A stretch of 64,000 nucleotides of DNA, taken from the NCBI GenBank assembly GCA_963663805.2, contig CAXXMR010000015.1, forward strand, positions 1 to 64,000. The letters are read 5' to 3'. This DNA is from Sedimentisphaerales bacterium. Lineage in GTDB: Bacteria > Planctomycetota > Phycisphaerae > Sedimentisphaerales > SM23-30. This document shows positions 53,157 to 63,683 of the stretch, one piece after another (the first letter of the stretch is position 1; each line of letters starts with the position of its first letter). The notes beneath the pieces are model-generated. The model had not been told where the DNA came from, did no database searches, and saw nothing but the letters and a program-made list of their open reading frames with translations. The position numbers and the translations under genes were made by a program.

Positions 53157-53253
53157 ATGTTTCTACTGCACTTTGTGATTAAACTGTCTGCCCGGAGTAC
53201 CGCCCTGAAAAGTAACGTATTTTCAGAAATAACCGGACCGGGCTGATAATAAT

Positions 53254-53292
53254 AAATATGTGCGATCCTGGCACGAAAGACCGCACATATTT
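53254..53292. terminator. Intergenic hairpin
   Basis: AAATATGTGCG..CGCACATATTT downstream of the 53323 gene. Confidence 0.45.
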
Positions 53293-53322
53293 TCGTGATT
53301 TATTTAACTGAATCCGGACACA

Positions 53323-54708
53323 TCAGTCACAGGCAGGAGCAGTACAAATCATCCATTCCAGGGCAAAGGACGAGAAATCCAAAAGATTAACAATACAGTC
53401 CTGATTTGCATCATAATCCGGGTATGGATGGCAAATATCACCGCAGGCTTTTACATCATTGTAAATAGCGGTCACGGTTTGATTGCCACTGATAGTAACC
53501 GTGGTTGATGCTGACGTTGGCTCATCAATCCCGGTGCCGTCCCAACTGGCAAATTCATAAACTGCCGGGCAGGCAACATGGTCAGCCAAAGCCTCAATAG
53601 ATATTACTTCTCCAGTAACCACTTCATAATCTCCTGCTGCTGGGGTTGTGGTCGCCAAACCCGCCGGGGAGGTCTCAATTGTCAGCGTCACACACTGACT
53701 CGCCGACAATGCATAATTAGCCACGACCGTCTGATTCTGATCCATTACGATTGTAGTTTCAAAAGAGGCCGGAGCAGCGACATTGCCCGTCCAGTTCGAA
53801 AATTCATATATGTCCGGACATGAATTATAAGGCAAAGCTAAAAGATCGACTTCTTCACCCGCGAGGAATTCATATGTATCCGCGGCAGGAGTAATCGAGT
53901 CTATAAACGCATAGTTTGCCGAGATGTCCAAAGTATATATCGTTGGGCTCGTGTACTGGGTGGTTATATCGTATTTCTCGCTAAGATAATAACCGACAGC
54001 GTTTTCTTCATCCGCTGTCAAAGCCCTGTCATATATTATAATCTCAGCAAATTTGCCATAGTTCGTACCGTAGGGAATCTCAAGGTATCCATTGCCAAAC
54101 GTTATGACACTGCCCTGAGCAGCCGTACTGGCAGTCGCGGAATTGACCGGGTCGTTATTAAGTTTCATCTCGATATAGCCATTGCTGTATGTCTGAGTTA
54201 CTTTGTCCCAGTCCGCGTCCAGCTTATACATTCTCACTGCTGGTACATTCATTTGAATCGGCGGCGTTGCCGTTACCGCAGGATCGCCTACTACGAAAGT
54301 ATGACCTCGACCATACAGTCTTGAGCCGCCGCCACCATTTGTAAATCCGACATATCTGGTATCCACAACGGTAAAAATTGTAAATCTTTTGCCGTCAAGC
54401 ATATCGACCAGGCCCTCCGAACGCATCTCGGCAGTTGTCGTCAAAAGGTCTACACACGGTAAATTATTAAAAATCGAATTTGCCTCATAATAAACCGTAT
54501 CAACTGTGGTAACCAAATCATTTGCTCCGCCAACAACCTTGTTAGGCCAGGTGGTCATTACATTGCAGGGGTCGACATAAGTGGGAACATCGATATCACT
54601 CGCGTCAAACCAGGCAATCAAATCGCTCGCAGGTATGCCGTCAACCAATTCAGCGTGTATAACGTTATGTGCCGCTAGCACCAATATCAATACTAATAAT
54701 TTCTTCAT
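53323..54708 (-). CDS. Secreted LamG-like + beta repeats + dockerin-like tail
   Basis: Signal MKKLL; AWFDAS, AEIIIYDRAL; DANQDCIVNLLDF. Confidence 0.75.
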   Translation of the reverse strand: MKKLLVLILVLAAHNVIHAELVDGIPASDLIAWFDASDIDVPTYVDPCNVMTTWPNKVVGGANDLVTTVDTVYYEANSIFNNLPCVDLLTTTAEMRSEGLVDMLDGKRFTIFTVVDTRYVGFTNGGGGSRLYGRGHTFVVGDPAVTATPPIQMNVPAVRMYKLDADWDKVTQTYSNGYIEMKLNNDPVNSATASTAAQGSVITFGNGYLEIPYGTNYGKFAEIIIYDRALTADEENAVGYYLSEKYDITTQYTSPTIYTLDISANYAFIDSITPAADTYEFLAGEEVDLLALPYNSCPDIYEFSNWTGNVAAPASFETTIVMDQNQTVVANYALSASQCVTLTIETSPAGLATTTPAAGDYEVVTGEVISIEALADHVACPAVYEFASWDGTGIDEPTSASTTVTISGNQTVTAIYNDVKACGDICHPYPDYDANQDCIVNLLDFSSFALEWMICTAPACD

Positions 54709-54757
54709 TTTATATTCTCCTATGTTAAATTTTTGTAAAAATAAATTGTTAATTATA

Positions 54758-56152
54758 TCAGTCACATTCCGGCTTGGAACATTCCAGCCATTTCGTGACA
54801 AATGCGGCTAAATCGACTAAGTCAACATCACAATCCAGGTCAATATCCCAGTCTGGATATGGATGGCACTGGTCGCCGCACACGCGGACATCATTAAATG
54901 TCGCGGTAACAGTCTCGCTATTATTCAAAGTTATACTTGTCGAGGGCGCCGCAGGTGTATCGACATTACTGCTCCAGCTTACAAAATCAAACACCTCCGG
55001 GCAATTGACATAATTGGCAATAGCTTCCAGGGAAACAGTTTCGCCCGCCGGATATTGATGTGTACCTTCAGATGGAGTAACCGCGTCCACACCGGTGGGT
55101 GACACCTCAAGCGTGAGGGTTACGCACTGCCGGGTGGACAATTCATAATTTGCCGTTACTGTCTGGTCGTCATCCATAATCACAAATGTCTGGGCCGAAG
55201 CCAGCTCGTTGGCATCACCGGTCCAGTCGCTAAACTCATAGACATCCGGACAGGACAGATAATATTCAGCATTTAAGGGCACCGTCTGGCCGTCCAGAAA
55301 CTGATATGTCCCCGATGCGGGCTCTACGGTATCAACGAAAGAAGGATCAACCGCAACGTTTAACGTGCGTACCGGACCGGGCTCCGTAAAACCATCTTCG
55401 TCGAGAGCGTTCGTGATACTGTATTTTTGGGCCAGATAATAACCTACGGCATTTATTTCAATCGGGTCCAACTCTCTGTTGTAGACAATGATTTCGGCCG
55501 TAAAGCCCGCATGCATACACCCGGTACGCAAACCATACAGGCCTCCGTAATTAAAATCAGAATCCGGCAGCGAACTTAAATCTTCTGTGTCTTTCAAGGT
55601 GCCGTCCATCCAGCCCTGGGCCTCTTTGTTGGGCACATCAATTGTATATGTCCGAATCGCGCTGGTGGTTTGCACCGGCGGATAACCAAGAGTACAGTAG
55701 AGTTGTGTACCAGTCCCCAGAGTTAGCTTGTGTCCCTGAAAATACAAACGAGGTGAATTCGCATTCCAAACTCCATGAAAATTCGCCTGGGAAACGAAGA
55801 ATATTGTTAATGATCGGCCTGACAAATAGTCGCTCACAAGATTCTGGCTAATAAGGTAATCGTCGTAGCGAGGATTTACAAAAGAGATGCACGGCATATT
55901 ACCAAATATCGCAGAAGAGGCGACATAGGTAGGAGCAAAACTATCCTCGGTATCCCAGTCAACCAGATCATTAACGTCCGCAATGCCTGCCTTTTGGGGC
56001 CACAACGTAACTGGGTCACCATCAGACAAGCCAGTTAGGTCGGAAGCGTCAAACCAGGCCACCAAACCATCTGCCGGCAACCCGCTAACTAACTCTGCCT
56101 GAGCAATCCCCACGGCTCCAATAAAAATTAAGACTACAAATAACTTCCTCAT
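54758..56152 (-). CDS. Secreted LamG-like + beta repeats + dockerin-like tail
   Basis: Signal MRKLF; AWFDAS, AEIIVYNREL; DIDLDCDVDLVDL. Confidence 0.75.
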   Translation of the reverse strand: MRKLFVVLIFIGAVGIAQAELVSGLPADGLVAWFDASDLTGLSDGDPVTLWPQKAGIADVNDLVDWDTEDSFAPTYVASSAIFGNMPCISFVNPRYDDYLISQNLVSDYLSGRSLTIFFVSQANFHGVWNANSPRLYFQGHKLTLGTGTQLYCTLGYPPVQTTSAIRTYTIDVPNKEAQGWMDGTLKDTEDLSSLPDSDFNYGGLYGLRTGCMHAGFTAEIIVYNRELDPIEINAVGYYLAQKYSITNALDEDGFTEPGPVRTLNVAVDPSFVDTVEPASGTYQFLDGQTVPLNAEYYLSCPDVYEFSDWTGDANELASAQTFVIMDDDQTVTANYELSTRQCVTLTLEVSPTGVDAVTPSEGTHQYPAGETVSLEAIANYVNCPEVFDFVSWSSNVDTPAAPSTSITLNNSETVTATFNDVRVCGDQCHPYPDWDIDLDCDVDLVDLAAFVTKWLECSKPECD

Positions 56153-56309
56153 CTTTTTTCCCTTTCCAAAACCAGGTTTTATTGAAAACTTAAACACAAC
56201 TAGTGTTTTATCTATATAGGACTTTATGTAACTGGTCTTAACAAAAAACCTATATAGCTATTATAAATGTCATGATTAACGTATCCAGCCGTCACAATTA
56301 ACCTTTTTG

Positions 56310-57338
56310 TCATCTTTGGACCCTGCCGGAAGCATCTCCCTCCATAAGCCTGTAAACCTCATCCACTGTAGCAAGATTGAAGTCTCCCAGAATAGCCTGC
56401 TTCAAGCATGATGCCGCGGTAGCGAACTCAACTGTTTTTTTCGAGTCAAACCCACTGAGAATTGAGTATATCAAGGCGCCGGCAAAACTGTCACCACCGC
56501 CAACTCTGTCAAGGATGTGAATGGTATATTTTCTGCTGAAATTATGATTAACACCGTCATAAAGCAAAGCCGACCAGCCATTATCCGAAGCGGAAATACT
56601 TTCACGCAAAGTAATCGCTACCTGTTCAAAATTAAAGGTCTTATACAGCTTTTCCGCAACCTCTTTATATTTTTCTCCGTTGATATGCCCGCTGGTTACA
56701 TCTGTATTCTGCGCTCTGATACCAAAAACTTTCTCGGCATCCTCCTCGTTACCAATAAGGACATCCACATATTCCATCAGCTCAGTCATTATCGAACAAG
56801 CCCTCTGCGGCGTCCAAAGTTTTTGCCGGTAATTCAAATCGCAGCTTATCTTTAAACCATATTCTCTAGCCTTTACGCAGGCCTGCTTGACAATCTCCGA
56901 AAGATTGTCTGAAAGTGCCGGAGCGGTCCCGGAAAAATGAAACCATGCCTTGCCCTTGAAAATTCCATTCCAGTCAAAATCGTCCGCTTTCAATTCCGTG
57001 AGGGGGCTGTTTTCTCTGTCGTAAATCACTTTTGAAGGGCGCTGCGAAAAACCTGTTTCAACGTACAATATACCCAGTCTCTTGCCCGTCCTTTTAATGT
57101 ATTGAGTATCGACACCGTATTGTTTTAAATAATTGATACACGCCTGACCAAGTTCGTGTACCGGAACAGCTGAGACTACATAGCTTTCCAGTCCGAAGTT
57201 AGCTACCGAAACAGCCGCATTGGCCTCAGCGCCGGTATAACGAACATTAAATCCCCGGGCTTGAATAAATCGTTCATAATTATTGGTGTTGAGCCTTATC
57301 ATCAGCTCGCCAAAAAATACTGCTTTTTTTGATTTCAT
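56310..57338 (-). CDS. kdgK: 2-keto-3-deoxygluconate kinase (PfkB family)
   Basis: FGELMIRL, GAEAN, DLNYR.KLW, DRVGGGDSF. Confidence 0.88.
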   Translation of the reverse strand: MKSKKAVFFGELMIRLNTNNYERFIQARGFNVRYTGAEANAAVSVANFGLESYVVSAVPVHELGQACINYLKQYGVDTQYIKRTGKRLGILYVETGFSQRPSKVIYDRENSPLTELKADDFDWNGIFKGKAWFHFSGTAPALSDNLSEIVKQACVKAREYGLKISCDLNYRQKLWTPQRACSIMTELMEYVDVLIGNEEDAEKVFGIRAQNTDVTSGHINGEKYKEVAEKLYKTFNFEQVAITLRESISASDNGWSALLYDGVNHNFSRKYTIHILDRVGGGDSFAGALIYSILSGFDSKKTVEFATAASCLKQAILGDFNLATVDEVYRLMEGDASGRVQR

Positions 57339-57362
57339 ACTTCTACTATAGCCTTAATATGT

Positions 57363-58037
57363 TTATCTGGTTGTGCTGCTGGCAACAAGTTTCCTGAATT
57401 TTCGCGCATTTTCCGTGATTTGCTTATACTGTTTTTTCGCGATTAGCTCCTTGCTTACCAAAGCCGCTCCCACGCCCACCGCACAGGCCCCGGCATTGAT
57501 AAACTCTCCGGCATTATTTAAATCAACGCCGCCTGTGGGCATAATTTTGATATCCGGAAACGGCCCCTTGATATCCTTAAAAAACCTCGAACCGCCCACC
57601 CCGGCAGGAAAGACTTTTACTACATCAGCGCCACTGCTCCAGGCATTATATATTTCCGTAGGTGTCATACAACCCGGCATAACAGCAACCTCAGCGTCAT
57701 TACAGGTACCCACGATTTCCTGGTTAAGAATGGGCGAAACAATATAGCTCGCCCCCGCCGAAATAGCGTCAGAAGCTTCTAGGCCCGCCAGAACCGTGCC
57801 CGCACCAATATGAATACTGCTGCCCAACTTCTCTACTGTTTCTTCAATAGCTTTCAGGGCATTGGGGACAGTCATGGTTATTTCAACAAATTTCACCCCG
57901 CCTTCAAGCAGTGCCTTTGAAACATTAACCAAATCGCCCGGCTGATCAACCCTTATGACGGCTATTATTTTGCTCGCAAACAAACTATCCAATATTTCTT
58001 GTTTGCCAATTGATTCAATTGTTACTGAATTGCTCAT
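57363..58037 (-). CDS. eda: KDPG/KHG aldolase
   Basis: EITMTVP, IGAGTVL, PGCMTPTE, KVFPA, MPTGGV. Confidence 0.92.
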   Translation of the reverse strand: MSNSVTIESIGKQEILDSLFASKIIAVIRVDQPGDLVNVSKALLEGGVKFVEITMTVPNALKAIEETVEKLGSSIHIGAGTVLAGLEASDAISAGASYIVSPILNQEIVGTCNDAEVAVMPGCMTPTEIYNAWSSGADVVKVFPAGVGGSRFFKDIKGPFPDIKIMPTGGVDLNNAGEFINAGACAVGVGAALVSKELIAKKQYKQITENARKFRKLVASSTTR

Positions 58038-58055
58038 TACTACCTCTACAAATTA

Positions 58056-59783
58056 CTACTTGGTACCAATATCAATATACGAAACCACAGTCTCGACCGA
58101 GGGTCTTATATTGATTACATTAACCCCGCTTTTTAAAAATTTCGCAGGCAAATCCCACGCTCTTAGATTTTTACTATTGCCCAGAGCGTCTGGATTTGCC
58201 ACCGGATAGAACTCTGAGATATTATCTGTTGCCTGTAACAGATTGTCGTTAAATTTAACTTCAAATTGTACGCAATCCACATCGATTCCTGTTTGTATTC
58301 TCAATCTTGCCTTGTTTTTCCAACCGCCCAAAGGTTCAGCCATATCCAGTTGTATTTCCCGATCCGCGTTAGCAGCATATTGTCCCGTTACGCAATTGCC
58401 CATAAAATCCCTAGATGAAACAAAGTAATGTTGTGGTTGCCGAGAAATCCATTCTTTGTCTTGCAAATTGCGAAATACATGAAAAGGAGGCTCGCAGGCA
58501 GTACCGATTATCTTTTCCCCAAATCTTCTGTAATATGGAAAATTAAAAGAACTTATCCCTTGGGCACCTCTTTCATAAGCAAGGTGAGCTAGAGTATATA
58601 TCTGTTCATCGGTTGTATGCCTGTAGAGAGTAAATTGCTGAATTTGCTTACCCTCGACATTGTTGATATGCGAAAGCCGTGTACGGCCGGTCAAATATGT
58701 AAACTCCAGAAACACCGGAGTTCCCGGAATTATTTTGCATATTTTGCCAACATCATTCTGCTGTTCGGTAACATACCCGCAGGAAAGATTAACCATATCA
58801 ACACCAGCCTTGACAAACTCCGGCAGATTAACACCTATCATATTATATTCCGCAGTCCTGAATGGAACACGAACACTAAGCCAGCGCCTCTGCCCCGGCC
58901 TGGCACCATCATCTAAAGACTTTCGAACTCTTGCCACAAAATCAAACATGATTTCCTCACGCTGACCCTGCGTAGTTTCAGCGGCCCTAAAAAACGGATC
59001 ATGTCTCATAAAATCAAGTTCTAAACCATCAATATCATAATTGGTGCATATCTCATCAATAAGTGAAAAAACGTGGTCCCTGACCTCCGGCACCGCCCAA
59101 TTCATAGAGCGAGCGCGACGCAATTTACCCCGGTAAGATACATCACTCAAAAAGGCCAGCCTGCCTTCCGGCGGAACCTTAGGCTCCGGCCCAATCCACC
59201 ATTTTTGATTCTCCAGAAAAAACTTGCTTACGCAGGATTCCAATCCCGGCAAACCAGGACCGGGGTCAAAGCCATCAAACTCTGAGCTACCGTTCATTAT
59301 CTCCAGGGCAATATCCGCCTGTTCCTTATAATGACGGTCATTGAGCCGGTAAGAAATAAACGGAGCTATGCCCAGTTTTCGGCAGCGATTAACAAAAGTC
59401 TCTACCATATCCCCACCCCCAATCATATACTTATCAATTCCCATCGGATTGGGTGCAAAACCGGTTTGGTTATAAAACCATTTATAATGCTCATCAGCGG
59501 GGTAAATCTTACTCTTCCACCAGGGAACCCAGGTGAAACAAGGTTGAAGCATATGTACATCAACGCCCCCGACCGCAGAGCCGTAAAAGGTTTCATCGAC
59601 GCTCGCTTCGATCATCGCGTCATTTATCGGTTCTCCATCTTTGTGATAAGGGCTTACACACGCCGCTATATGTGAGACATCATTTATATACAATGTCTTA
59701 AAGTCGGGCTTAACCTCTGATGCCGCACAAACCGCTGACAACAGGGCCCATGCCAAAATGTATATGTATGCACTTTTTTCCAT
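58056..59783 (-). CDS. GHL10-like protein, paralogue 5
   Basis: WVPWWKS, FISYRLNDRH, NWAVPEVR, YDIDGLELDFMRH. Confidence 0.65.
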   Translation of the reverse strand: MEKSAYIYILAWALLSAVCAASEVKPDFKTLYINDVSHIAACVSPYHKDGEPINDAMIEASVDETFYGSAVGGVDVHMLQPCFTWVPWWKSKIYPADEHYKWFYNQTGFAPNPMGIDKYMIGGGDMVETFVNRCRKLGIAPFISYRLNDRHYKEQADIALEIMNGSSEFDGFDPGPGLPGLESCVSKFFLENQKWWIGPEPKVPPEGRLAFLSDVSYRGKLRRARSMNWAVPEVRDHVFSLIDEICTNYDIDGLELDFMRHDPFFRAAETTQGQREEIMFDFVARVRKSLDDGARPGQRRWLSVRVPFRTAEYNMIGVNLPEFVKAGVDMVNLSCGYVTEQQNDVGKICKIIPGTPVFLEFTYLTGRTRLSHINNVEGKQIQQFTLYRHTTDEQIYTLAHLAYERGAQGISSFNFPYYRRFGEKIIGTACEPPFHVFRNLQDKEWISRQPQHYFVSSRDFMGNCVTGQYAANADREIQLDMAEPLGGWKNKARLRIQTGIDVDCVQFEVKFNDNLLQATDNISEFYPVANPDALGNSKNLRAWDLPAKFLKSGVNVINIRPSVETVVSYIDIGTK

Positions 59784-59847
59784 AAGGATTAAATCTTCCC
59801 ATCAGGTTTCAGTAATTCGACAACAAATCTTACCTCAAAATCACATC

Positions 59848-60723
59848 TTAATTACTCGTGCCGTAATTGGGATTACCGGTGGGGTTGGGCCAGTAAGTCC
59901 CTTGCCCCGGGTCGCCGCCGGTGAGTTGGAACATCGGACGCATATCCTCAAACGGAACCCACCTCGAACTGCCGTCCACAAAGCTGGCACACATGCCCTC
60001 GGGATTTTTAATCACATCCGGAACCGCGTCGCTGGCGGGATGAGGAAACGCAGCCCACTTATCACCATAGCCGGAGCCGGTATGTCTAATCCGGTCGCCG
60101 GCAAGCGGAGTCCAGCCCTTGGCGATGCTGAATTTCCGCGGCGGGCGGTAACCCTCAAATTTTTCTTCTGTCGGAGGCTGAGCCGCAACTTGAGCTCCCC
60201 AGGTTATATAACCACTACCATAGTTTTTGTCGATTTCGTCAGCATTATAACTGAGAAAAAAACTATAATCCCCAAATACCCGTTCCACCCCGTACATGCT
60301 TATGGATTTGTCCTTTTGCTCATCCCAGGGCAAAAACATCAAATCGTCAGCCGTATGTTTAACCCCGGGGCAAATCATCGCTTTACTATCGCCGATATAG
60401 GGACCAAAAAAATTATCAATCAAATCATACCTATACACCCCCACAGATATTTGCTGGCAATACTCGTAGGGCCAACCCCATGTTCCGGCTTTAGTTTCCG
60501 TATCAAAACGATAGGGAAAATCATCGTTATTGCTCAGAGCATAGTTATTCGTAGCAATGGCCCATTGGCGACATCGCGTAAGACATACCAGCCGCTTGGC
60601 CTGCTCCCGCGCACCCGACAAAGCTGGCAGAAGAATCGAGACCAGCAAAGCAATAATAGCCACAACCACCAAAAGCTCGACCAGGGTAAAACCGCGGAAT
60701 GATTTAGTTTTATTTAAAAACAC
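59848..60723 (-). CDS. Prepilin-type N-terminal cleavage/methylation (DUF1559-like) protein
   Basis: [26 protein letters not shown]-terminal SFVDGS. Confidence 0.88.
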   Translation of the reverse strand: MFLNKTKSFRGFTLVELLVVVAIIALLVSILLPALSGAREQAKRLVCLTRCRQWAIATNNYALSNNDDFPYRFDTETKAGTWGWPYEYCQQISVGVYRYDLIDNFFGPYIGDSKAMICPGVKHTADDLMFLPWDEQKDKSISMYGVERVFGDYSFFLSYNADEIDKNYGSGYITWGAQVAAQPPTEEKFEGYRPPRKFSIAKGWTPLAGDRIRHTGSGYGDKWAAFPHPASDAVPDVIKNPEGMCASFVDGSSRWVPFEDMRPMFQLTGGDPGQGTYWPNPTGNPNYGTSN

Positions 60724-61144
60724 TTTTCAGACCTTTCCTAAAGAAATATTAAACCAATAAACACCTTTGCCAATATCATTGAAGCACAAACAGTACTTTC
60801 TTTTCAAGGGCAAAAAGTCATATTTAACACCCATATCAAAATACACGTCATGGCACATCATGGAAGGCATATCTTTTTAAGGCCAAACAACAGGACGCCA
60901 GTCATTAGAATCTAAAATAATTATATAAAAAACACAAATAAACACCGTTAATCGACAAATAATGCGCCTTATCTAAAAATAATCCCCATTGCTTCCGTGT
61001 GATATCCGGAAGTAATAGATTACGTAACAGTACTTGTGTTGAAAGGCATATTTTTATTTTTTAACTTGAAAGCGATAACCAAATACGAGTTAATCAAGTC
61101 ACAGTATTAGGCCATCTCTAACAAGTAAACTTGAGGAATCGCTA

Positions 61145-62686
61145 ATGGATAACAAACTCATACACCGCCGAACTTTTCTGAAAAATGCCGCGCTGGGACT
61201 GTTTGCTTTCTCTGCAAGTGGCTGTCTCGAAAAAAACAACCCAATACCCCAGGCGAAGAAACCGAACATTTTGTTCATAATGTCCGACGATCACGCTTTC
61301 AATGCCGTCAGTTGCTATAAAGGCATTCTGTCTGAAACATTCAAAACGCCAAATATCGATAGAATCGCCCGGGAAGGCATAAGACTCGATAACTGTTTTG
61401 TGACAAATAGTATTTGCACGCCCAGCAGAGCTGTAGTGCTGACCGGAAAATACAGCCATTTAAATAAAACAGAAATCAACTATATTCGCTTTGACGGATC
61501 GCAGCAAACCGCACCAAAACTGTTGCAAAAACACGGATATCAGACGGCAATGATAGGGAAATGGCACCTGAGAGGACAACCGACAGGTTTTGACTATTGG
61601 AACATCCTCCCCGGACAGGGTAATTACATCAATCCTGATTTTATGGAAATGAACTATGAACAAAAAAAATATAAAGGCTATGTAACAGACATAATTACCG
61701 ATTTGACCATTAACTGGATAGAAAGCAGAAATGATACCAGACCTTTCTTCCTGATGTGTCATCACAAAGCACCCCATGAATCATGGAAACTTGACCCCAA
61801 AAGTCAAAATATTTACGATGATACGATTTTTCCGGAGCCAGAAACATTTAACGATAATTACCAAAACAGGTATTTCGCAGAAAAATGGACTTCGACTATA
61901 TATCCCTTCATGACCGAAAGAATGAGAAAATGGACACCAAAATCAAGGCAGCTGAATGTTGATGGACTCGACCGGCAACAAGCCAAAGAAAAAACATATC
62001 AGCATTACATGAGAAACTATTTAGGTTGCATTAAATCGCTTGATGATAATATTGGCAGGCTGCTTGATTATCTGGAGAATAAAGGCATTCTGGATGATAC
62101 CCTGGTAATTTATACTTCAGATAATGGTATGTTTCTGGGCGAACATGGCTGGTATGACAAGAGGCTGATGAATGAAGAATCATTAAAAATCCCCTGTGTC
62201 GCTCGATACCCCCAAGATATCACCCCGTCGACAACCTCAAGCGATATCACCTTAAACCTGGATTTCGCGGAAACTTTTCTCGATTATGCCGGAGTGCCCA
62301 TACCTTCTGATATGCAGGGAAATAGCTTAAAACCGGTTTTTATGGGAAAGCCCCCGCAAAGCTGGCGAAAATCAATGCTTTACGCATATTACGAAAGCCG
62401 AGAACAATACATAGAAGAATGCCGGCAGTACGGAATCAGGACTCATCAGTATAAGCTAATCTGCTATCCAAACGGCAGGGAGCTTTTCGACATCAAAAAC
62501 GACCCAAATGAACTGGTTAACTTATATCGTAAGCCACAATATCTATCAATTAGGAATAAACTGGAAATTGAGTTAAAGCAGTTACTAAAAAAGTATAAAT
62601 TTACAGAAAAAGACCTACCCTTTAATTGGTATAAATATAATCAGGATAAAATTGAACAGTCAATGGATAAAAAAGCTTATAGATGA
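61145..62686 (+). CDS. Sulfatase (S1, Cys-type) with Tat signal
   Basis: RRTFLK; PNILFIMSDDH, CTPSR, GKWHL, SDNG. Confidence 0.93.
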   Translation: MDNKLIHRRTFLKNAALGLFAFSASGCLEKNNPIPQAKKPNILFIMSDDHAFNAVSCYKGILSETFKTPNIDRIAREGIRLDNCFVTNSICTPSRAVVLTGKYSHLNKTEINYIRFDGSQQTAPKLLQKHGYQTAMIGKWHLRGQPTGFDYWNILPGQGNYINPDFMEMNYEQKKYKGYVTDIITDLTINWIESRNDTRPFFLMCHHKAPHESWKLDPKSQNIYDDTIFPEPETFNDNYQNRYFAEKWTSTIYPFMTERMRKWTPKSRQLNVDGLDRQQAKEKTYQHYMRNYLGCIKSLDDNIGRLLDYLENKGILDDTLVIYTSDNGMFLGEHGWYDKRLMNEESLKIPCVARYPQDITPSTTSSDITLNLDFAETFLDYAGVPIPSDMQGNSLKPVFMGKPPQSWRKSMLYAYYESREQYIEECRQYGIRTHQYKLICYPNGRELFDIKNDPNELVNLYRKPQYLSIRNKLEIELKQLLKKYKFTEKDLPFNWYKYNQDKIEQSMDKKAYR

Positions 62687-62745
62687 GGTTTTTGCCCTGT
62701 CGTCGGGAAAATTCGTGTATATGTCACTGTTTGATGGAGATATTT

Positions 62746-63663
62746 ATGTCTTTGAACTATTTAAGCGGGAAATATCATTTACTTTGTGCTTTAGCGTTTT
62801 GTTTATCAGGTTGGACGTTCGCTACCGAGCCATTGCCCAATGGAGTGATAATGTACAAGGATATCGAGTTTGCGCAACTTGGTGACGTGTCACTGAAGCT
62901 GGATTTGTATTGTCTTGAAGACAGACCCAAAGAACCTTTGCCGTTAATTGTCTGGATACACGGTGGTGGTTTTCGCACCGGCGACAAAGAACCTTGTCCA
63001 GCAGTTGATTTCATCCGGCATGGATTTGTCATTGCCAGTATAAATTATCGTTTAAGCGATATGGCCAGTTTCCCGGCTCAAGTTCATGATTGCAAGGCCG
63101 CGATTCGGTTTCTACGCGGTAATGCTGATAAATATGGCGTTGATCCTGCCAGAATTGGCGTTTGGGGGAGCTCAGCAGGTGGACATTTGGCATCTCTGTT
63201 GGGCACAACCAGCAAAGTGAAGGCATTGGTCGGGGTTGTAGGATCATTTAACGACGAATCTTCAGATGTTCAAGCGGCTTGCGTCTCGTGCGGTCCAACC
63301 GATTTTAGTAAAAGAAGCTATACGCAAAAACGGCTAAAGCATATAGAAAAGTATCTTGGCGGCGATCTAAAAACGAACACTTACACTGTCATACTGGCAA
63401 ACCCGGCCTCTTGGGTAACTCCTGTTTGTCCTCCTTTTCTGATAATCCATGGCATTGAAGATGAAATTGTTGAATACAGTCAAAGCCTTATTCTTTATGA
63501 TAAATTGAAAAAGTGTATGGTTGATGCCGAGCTTGTTTCCTTAGAAGATACCGGCCATGTAATAAGTGAAAGCAAAGATATAGCCCAAGTAAAAAACAAA
63601 GTTGTGGATTTTTTTAAACATAATCTGACACCCCGTAACAATCCCAATCCTAAACAGGATTAA
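62746..63663 (+). CDS. Alpha/beta-hydrolase esterase (BD-FAE-like)
   Basis: IHGGG, GSSAGG, HG.ED..V, GH. Confidence 0.88.
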   Translation: MSLNYLSGKYHLLCALAFCLSGWTFATEPLPNGVIMYKDIEFAQLGDVSLKLDLYCLEDRPKEPLPLIVWIHGGGFRTGDKEPCPAVDFIRHGFVIASINYRLSDMASFPAQVHDCKAAIRFLRGNADKYGVDPARIGVWGSSAGGHLASLLGTTSKVKALVGVVGSFNDESSDVQAACVSCGPTDFSKRSYTQKRLKHIEKYLGGDLKTNTYTVILANPASWVTPVCPPFLIIHGIEDEIVEYSQSLILYDKLKKCMVDAELVSLEDTGHVISESKDIAQVKNKVVDFFKHNLTPRNNPNPKQD

Positions 63664-63683
63664 ACAATAGAGGATTCAAATAA

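Noticed and set aside
59758..60702. 314-aa plus-strand ORF
   Set aside because: Antisense to the prepilin-like gene
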